From Pseudomonadota bacterium (GTDB taxonomy: Bacteria > Pseudomonadota > Gammaproteobacteria > Burkholderiales > Burkholderiaceae_D): DNA of 10,588 nt. Both the position numbers and the translations under genes were made by a program. Location of the stretch: positions 927 through 11,514 of the forward strand of contig JAZKIX010000205.1 in NCBI GenBank assembly GCA_040384645.1. Direction: 5' to 3'. Below are positions 6,905 to 10,588 of this stretch, one piece after another. Within the stretch, counting starts at the first letter, position 1; every line of letters begins with the position of its first letter. The notes beneath the pieces were generated by a model. It was given only the letters and a program-made list of their open reading frames with translations. It was not told where the DNA came from and did not search any database.

Positions 6905-7897
6905 TTAGATGGTGGAGTGCGGGTTAAAGTGGATGAATCGGGATGGGCCGAAGGCACTACGGGCAGCGACTGCCAGCGCTTGATCAAGTCCTCGTGCGCC
7001 CAGTCTGGTGCACCATTGCCGGTCTTCGCTGGCGTTTTTGAGCAAAGCTTCCAATGCTGCCGGGGTTGACAGTGACAGCGATGGCTCGGCATCGCCATCG
7101 GCCAGCATAACGCGCATGGCCCAGGCCGATTGCATCAGGTCACGCACCATTGCGGGATGCAAGATTCCTGCAGTTGCAGGTGTCTGCACCTGCTGCGCAC
7201 CAGCCCAGCCGATCAGCAAAATGCCATGGTCTTTCGGATGCACCAACATATGCTCGGGCGACAGATTGCCATGCACCCATCCGGCGTCGTGCAGATACGC
7301 CAGCACTTCCAATACCCGGCGCCACATCCACACCACATGGCGCGGATCTAGTCCCAGCGGCTGCAACTGTTTTACATTCGCCAGGCTGCCCCAGAAGCCC
7401 GCCGGATGGCGCAGGACCAAAGCATCCCTGCTCTCGCCTGCCACACTTTCAGTCACGCCGCAAGCCACAGGCTGCGGCAAACGTTGCGAAAAATAAGCGG
7501 CGCCGGGTGCTGCAATTGCCTGTAGCTGTTGCAGCACAGCCATTTCTTTTTTCAGCCGCCCGGCAAGCGCCGATTGGTTTGCCAGTTTCAAAACGACACG
7601 CTCGGTCAATGCGCCCACCCGTTCTGCCAGCATGACTTTGGCAGACGTCCCAAAGCCCAAAGGCAGAAGAGTTTTGTAGTGTTGGCCCTGGCAGCGAATC
7701 AGGTTCGACGCAACGCCCGGCACCGGCTGGGTGCGCAGAAACGCTTGATGAAATGGCGCTGCTTCGACAAAATTTTCAGCGCGTGAAACCGAAATGCCGC
7801 AATACGTACATATCACGCTGCGCCAGCGGGCCTGCCTGGGCAAGGGCCCGCCGCACTGAGGGCAAATGAGCGACGCTGAAAACATGGGCTGTGTCAT
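6905..7897 (-). CDS. Zinc-ribbon + protein-kinase-like domain protein; catalytic-loop and DFG-equivalent acidic residues appear substituted (predicted pseudokinase or atypical kinase), about 330 aa from ATG at 7897
   Basis: N-terminal CPQCGG-X16-CTYCG zinc ribbon. Gly-rich loop LGFGTSAKV. VVLK (beta3 Lys). LKKEMAVL (alphaC Glu). The catalytic-loop position reads HGNLSPEH (compare HRDLKPEN, or HGDxxxxN of APH/choline-kinase-like kinases), i.e. Asn in place of the catalytic Asp. The DFG/IDWE position reads LIGWAGA, so Asp and Glu are absent. The track start 7969 is GTG and its extension would translate through the 21-bp palindrome. The ATG at 7897 (MTQPMFSAS...) has an AAGG SD. The alignment is by eye; exact residue equivalences are uncertain. 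Confidence 0.65.
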   Translation of the reverse strand: MTQPMFSASLICPQCGGPLPRQARWRSVICTYCGISVSRAENFVEAAPFHQAFLRTQPVPGVASNLIRCQGQHYKTLLPLGFGTSAKVMLAERVGALTERVVLKLANQSALAGRLKKEMAVLQQLQAIAAPGAAYFSQRLPQPVACGVTESVAGESRDALVLRHPAGFWGSLANVKQLQPLGLDPRHVVWMWRRVLEVLAYLHDAGWVHGNLSPEHMLVHPKDHGILLIGWAGAQQVQTPATAGILHPAMVRDLMQSAWAMRVMLADGDAEPSLSLSTPAALEALLKNASEDRQWCTRLGARGLDQALAVAARSAFGPSRFIHFNPHSTI

Positions 7898-7930
7898 TCG
7901 GATCGCCTTGCTTGAAAAAAATGGGAGAAA

Positions 7931-7951
7931 GTGCAAATCATAGGTTTGCAC
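7931..7951. promoter_or_regulatory. Perfect-arm 21-bp palindrome GTGCAAA-tcatagg-TTTGCAC immediately upstream of the operon (candidate operator and/or attenuator hairpin with downstream T-run)
   Basis: 7-bp arms, 7-nt spacer, 46-34 nt upstream of the ATG at 7897. On the minus strand it reads GTGCAAACCTATGATTTGCAC TTTCTCCCATTTTTTT (stem-loop then interrupted U-tract). Its size matches operators of dimeric wHTH regulators. The stop codon of a small upstream ORF lies in its loop. Confidence 0.4.
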
Positions 7952-8027
7952 CCAGCGCAAGGTCGGCACCCACGCCAGATACGCTAGCTTGGCTTATGCA
8001 ACGATCAATTTTTGCCACGATAGTCAT
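7938..8027 (-). CDS. Small ORF, 29 codons (MTIVAKIDRCISQASVSGVGADLALGANL), with strong SD; possible leader peptide or small protein
   Basis: The minus strand reads TTTTCGAGGAAATAAT ATG ACT ATC GTG ... AAC CTA TGA. A GAGGAAA SD lies 6 nt before the ATG at 8027. The TGA stop (7938-7940) lies inside the loop of the 21-bp palindrome, which is followed by the T-run and then the kinase-like gene. It is below the ORF-track length cutoff. I verified it by reverse-complementing 7938-8027. Confidence 0.3.
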   Translation of the reverse strand: MTIVAKIDRCISQASVSGVGADLALGANL

Positions 8028-8124
8028 ATTATTTCCTCGAAAATTCTTATCGCTTAGGCGGCTATCCAACTGCATCACACTGCCAACCTATTTCTACCGG
8101 GCTCAAGCACGGTTGCATCCGCAT

Positions 8125-8832
8125 TCAAAGACCGCGCTCCAATACGCGTAATTTTTCCCGGAATTGCGACTTTAGCCGATACAGCTGGGCCGGTCGATGT
8201 GCGCCGCCGCCTTCCATCTGGCCGTCAGCCGGCTCCAACATACCCATCTCCGTCATCTTGCGGCGAAAACTGACCTTGTTGATGCGCTGATCCATCACCG
8301 CCTCATACACTTTTTGCAGTTGTGGCAGCGTAAACGGTTCGCTGACAAGGTAGCAGGGCAAGGACGAATATTGGCTTTTGCTACGCAGGCGCGCTGCCGC
8401 AGTATCGATAATTTTGTTGTGATCGAAAGGCAAAGTCGGCAAGCGCCCGATACTGACAAGTTTTAGCGCAGGATGATTCGCCTGCAGAATGACTTGATAA
8501 GGAACTAGCGCATAGTAAGACACCGATACAGACCAGCCACGAGGATCGCGTGCCGGACCGGAAAAAGTAGCCAGTTGTTCAAGATAGGGCGCAATGATTG
8601 CTGTTTTCTCAAAAAGCACACGTAAAGCAGCCTCATGCGCATCGCCGTCTTCTTCCACATGGATATAACCGCCCGGTAGCGCTGCCACACCCTTGTATGG
8701 CTCGCGATCGCGCTTTAGCAAAGCCACGTTAAGCTGTTCATCCTTTAGCGTCAGCAAAACCACGTCGACGGTACAAATCACCTGATTCAAAGCATCCCCT
8801 GTTTGTTTCTTCTCCTGAGACGAAAAATACAC
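8125..8832 (-). CDS. nrtR: Nudix-related transcriptional regulator NrtR (N-terminal degenerate Nudix ADP-ribose-binding domain + C-terminal winged-helix), regulator of NAD salvage
   Basis: The Nudix-box region GGYIHVEEDGDAHEAALRVLFEKTAI has substitutions at the catalytic glutamates (RV for RE, EK for EE), as is common in non-catalytic NrtR Nudix domains. The C-terminal FTLPQLQKVYEAVMDQRINKVSFRRKMTEMGMLEPADGQMEGGGAHRPAQLYRL matches the NrtR wHTH signature (...NFRRK....G.L......GGAHRPA.LYRF). The genomic context (divergent from pncA, near pncB) is the canonical NrtR regulon. The track start 8832 is GTG with no clear SD. An in-frame TTG 15 codons downstream (preceded by CAGGGGA) is an alternative start. 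Confidence 0.85.
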   Translation of the reverse strand: MYFSSQEKKQTGDALNQVICTVDVVLLTLKDEQLNVALLKRDREPYKGVAALPGGYIHVEEDGDAHEAALRVLFEKTAIIAPYLEQLATFSGPARDPRGWSVSVSYYALVPYQVILQANHPALKLVSIGRLPTLPFDHNKIIDTAAARLRSKSQYSSLPCYLVSEPFTLPQLQKVYEAVMDQRINKVSFRRKMTEMGMLEPADGQMEGGGAHRPAQLYRLKSQFREKLRVLERGL

Positions 8833-8892
8833 TTAATTGCAAAACTATTCCAACTAAAAATGAGAATTTTCTTAAAATATTGATTAATTAAG

Positions 8893-8909
8893 ACATATAT
8901 TTTATATGT
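8893..8909. promoter_or_regulatory. 17-bp palindrome ACATATA-TTT-TATATGT in the nrtR-pncA divergent intergenic region (candidate operator)
   Basis: 7-bp perfect arms, 3-nt centre, located between the divergent nrtR and pncA-like starts where an NrtR or other regulator site would be expected. The background is AT-rich, so chance occurrence is not negligible. Confidence 0.25.
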
Positions 8910-8987
8910 AGAAATCGCATTCACTAGTTAGTTGCAAAATTATTTAAATACCCTATACTCGATTCATACCTTTCCCAAGGAAATATC

Positions 8988-9857
8988 ATGAAGCGCAAGC
9001 TGCACCTGTTGATCATCGATCCGCAAAACGATTTCTGCGATTTACCCGACCATTATCTACCGGCCAACCCGCTCGACGGCACGCCGATTAAACCAGCCTT
9101 ACCAGTGACCGGCGCCCATGCCGACATGCTGCGGGTGGCAAACCTGATCAATCGCGGACATGGCGGACTGTCTGGCATCAGCATCACGCTTGATTCGCAT
9201 CACCGGCTGGACGTGGCACATCCGACGTTTTGGATGGATGCACACCGACAAGCTGTCCCGCCATTTACCCAGATCAGCGCGGCACAGCTGCGGGCTGGTC
9301 AATATTTGCCACGCGATGCCACAGCCCTGCCGCGCGTAACCGCCTACCTTGATGCACTGGAGGTAGCCGGACGCTACACCCTGATGGTGTGGCCAGTGCA
9401 TTGCGAAATCGGCACCTGGGGTCATAACGTGCATGCAGACGTGCGCGCTGCCTATAACCATTGGGAAGAATCGGCGCTGGATACTGTCAACAAAGTGGTC
9501 AAAGGCACCAATCCCTGGACCGAACATTATTCGGCCGTGATGGCGGAAGTACCCGATGCGGAGGATCCGGCGACCCAATTGAACCGCACATTTTTAAGCA
9601 CCTTGGCGCAGGCAGACCGGATCTACGTTACCGGCGAAGCCGGCAGCCACTGTGTAAAGGCGACGACGGAACACATTGCGGACAATTTTGATCAAGTCAA
9701 TTTAGCGAAGCTGGTCCTGGTAAGCGATTGCATGAGTGCCGTCACAGGTTTCGAAAAACAAACCGATGATTTTTTGCGCGATATGGCGGCGCGTGGCCTG
9801 ACCATCGCTAAGGCGGAAGATGTACTGCAGGAATTAATGGCGAACAATGATTCCTGA
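8988..9857 (+). CDS. pncA: Nicotinamidase / pyrazinamidase PncA-like cysteine hydrolase (isochorismatase superfamily), long form, 289 aa
   Basis: Collinear with PncA catalytic and metal motifs, ours first and PncA in brackets. LLIIDPQNDFC [ALIIVDVQNDFC], the Asp of the triad. LPVTGAHADMLRVANLI [LAVTGGAALARAISDYL]. TLDSHHRLDVAHP [ATKDFHIDPGDH], metal-binding His cluster. MVWPVHCEIGTWG [SSWPPHCVSGTPG]. NKVVKGTNP, Lys of the triad. VTGEAGSHCV [VVGIATDHCV], catalytic Cys. Strong RBS AAGGAAAT before the ATG at 8988. It is about 80-100 aa longer than minimal PncA (insertions). Confidence 0.8.
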   Translation: MKRKLHLLIIDPQNDFCDLPDHYLPANPLDGTPIKPALPVTGAHADMLRVANLINRGHGGLSGISITLDSHHRLDVAHPTFWMDAHRQAVPPFTQISAAQLRAGQYLPRDATALPRVTAYLDALEVAGRYTLMVWPVHCEIGTWGHNVHADVRAAYNHWEESALDTVNKVVKGTNPWTEHYSAVMAEVPDAEDPATQLNRTFLSTLAQADRIYVTGEAGSHCVKATTEHIADNFDQVNLAKLVLVSDCMSAVTGFEKQTDDFLRDMAARGLTIAKAEDVLQELMANNDS

Positions 9858-9920
9858 ATCTCTCGGAATCCAGATTATTTTGCAATAGACATTTCAACTT
9901 TTTAGGATCACCAATTCATC

Positions 9921-10295
9921 ATGACTACAGTATCAAACGAAATAATCACACTTTATCGTCCGACGGGGCCCGAAGAGCTGGCACTGGTAAGGGAAAGTGG
10001 CTTTAAAAAATGGCCTCCGCGACTTGCTGAACAACCTATTTTTTATCCTGTCACCAACGAACTGTATGCAATTCAGATCGCAAGAGACTGGAACGTCAAG
10101 GCGAGCGGCGCGGGTTTTGTGACGCGTTTTTACGTAAAAAAATCATTCATGGATCGCTATCCAATACAAAAAGTCGGCGGTGCAATCCATACCGAATGGT
10201 GGATTCCAGCCGAAGAACTAGATGAAATGAATCGTAATATCGTAGGTGATATTGAAGTAATCCAAGAATTTGGAAGATCGGACAGCAATGTGTGA
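9921..10295 (+). CDS. Hypothetical protein, 124 aa, markedly lower GC than neighbours; no recognisable motifs
   Basis: Clean ORF with ATG at 9921 and an AGGA about 13 nt upstream. It sits between pncA-like and pncB, so it is probably co-transcribed with the NAD salvage genes. Composition (about 40-45% GC by eye) differs from the flanks. I do not recognise the family (sequence contains YRPTGPEELALVRESGF ... EWWIPAEELDEM). Confidence 0.55.
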   Translation: MTTVSNEIITLYRPTGPEELALVRESGFKKWPPRLAEQPIFYPVTNELYAIQIARDWNVKASGAGFVTRFYVKKSFMDRYPIQKVGGAIHTEWWIPAEELDEMNRNIVGDIEVIQEFGRSDSNV

Positions 10296-10359
10296 TTGGT
10301 GCTAAAAATATATTTGCGCTGCTAATTTCGTATTTGAAAATCCCAATAAGCCATACACC

Positions 10360-10588
10360 ATGAACCCCATCGTACGCAGCCTGCTGGAAACCGACTTATA
10401 TAAATTCACCATGTGGCAAGCATTGCTGCATAGCCATCCCGGCGCGCAAAGTGAATATGCTTTTGTTTGCCGCAACACACCGGCCTATCCGCTGGCAGAG
10501 CTGAGAGCCGAAGTCGAGCGTGAACTCGATCAACTGTGCACGCTTTCTTTTACTGACGATGAGCTCGATTACCTGCGCGGCCTGCGCT
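10360..10588 (+). CDS. pncB: Nicotinate phosphoribosyltransferase, N-terminal fragment (gene continues beyond window end)
   Basis: MNPIVRSLLETDLYKFTMWQALLHSHPGAQSEYAFVCRNTP...LSFTDDELDYLRGLR aligns with the PncB N-terminus ([36 protein letters not shown]...LRLQDDEYQWLSAL). The open frame runs to the window edge, which is why it is missing from the ORF track. Confidence 0.85.
   Translation, partial: MNPIVRSLLETDLYKFTMWQALLHSHPGAQSEYAFVCRNTPAYPLAELRAEVERELDQLCTLSFTDDELDYLRGLR

Noticed and set aside
5947-7786. ORFs 5947..6195(+), 5990..6217(-), 6093..6383(+), 6739..6927(+), 7008..7496(+), 7130..7351(+), 7140..7331(-), 7150..7635(+), 7529..7786(+)
   Set aside because: Overlap the vWA and kinase-like genes in other frames or on the opposite strand. 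Translations are low-complexity (Arg/Pro/Ala/His-rich). Rejected as high-GC artefacts.
1134-7969. Track N-terminal extensions (starts at 1221 TTG, 1266 TTG, 5978 ATG, 7098 ATG, 7969 GTG)
   Set aside because: The track takes the most upstream ATG/GTG/TTG. I chose internal ATGs (1134, 1272, 5906, 6894, 7897). They give family-typical N-termini, have SD-like sequences, and remove gene overlaps, producing tidy 10-nt intercistronic gaps. The 7969 extension would translate through the 21-bp palindrome.
8066-8086. Sigma-54-like TGGCAG-N5-TGCAG on the minus strand upstream of the small ORF
   Set aside because: The GG-to-GC spacing is 11 rather than the required 12, and the -12 element is ATGCA rather than TTGCA.
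8197-9691. ORFs 8197..8466(+), 8505..8690(-), 9099..9578(-), 9461..9691(+) overlapping nrtR and pncA-like
   Set aside because: Antisense or wrong-frame relative to genes with clear catalytic or regulatory motifs; no independent signals.
1-10588. CRISPR arrays, insertion sequences, integrase or transposase genes
   Set aside because: No spaced direct repeats and no transposase- or integrase-like ORFs. The mobile-element hypothesis for the tRNA-like relics therefore lacks a recombinase within this window.

Overview
The window looks like proteobacterial (probably betaproteobacterial) chromosome with mixed GC content. From 5' to 3': (1) a divergent pair made of a zinc-free MDR-type quinone oxidoreductase/alcohol-dehydrogenase-like gene (130-1134, -) and a LysR-family regulator (1272-2150, +), with a TTGA-N9-TCAA dyad between them. 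(2) A 513-aa SPFH/band-7 protein on the minus strand (2261-3802) with a long N-terminal extension. (3) An unusually long (~730 bp) gene-free gap (3803-4529) holding two tRNA T-arm-like hairpins 73 nt apart but no foldable tRNA. (4) A tight three-gene minus-strand operon (7897 to 4530) with two 10-nt intercistronic gaps. It encodes a zinc-ribbon + kinase-like protein whose catalytic motifs appear substituted, a vWA (TerY-like, MIDAS DxTGS) protein, and a divergent adenylosuccinate-synthetase (PurA)-family enzyme with a non-canonical P-loop. A 29-codon small ORF with a strong SD precedes it and terminates inside a perfect 21-bp palindrome followed by a T-run. (5) Directly upstream, in the same orientation, sits a Nudix-related regulator NrtR gene (8125-8832), divergent from a nicotinamidase-like pncA (8988-9857), a low-GC 124-aa ORF and the 5' end of pncB (10360 to window end). 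The three-gene kinase-like/vWA/PurA-like module downstream of nrtR is my best candidate for an undescribed signalling or defense-type system. It resembles the TerY-P (vWA + kinase) architecture but carries a nucleotide-ligase-like enzyme instead of a PP2C phosphatase. All calls are from reading motifs by eye; no database searches were run.
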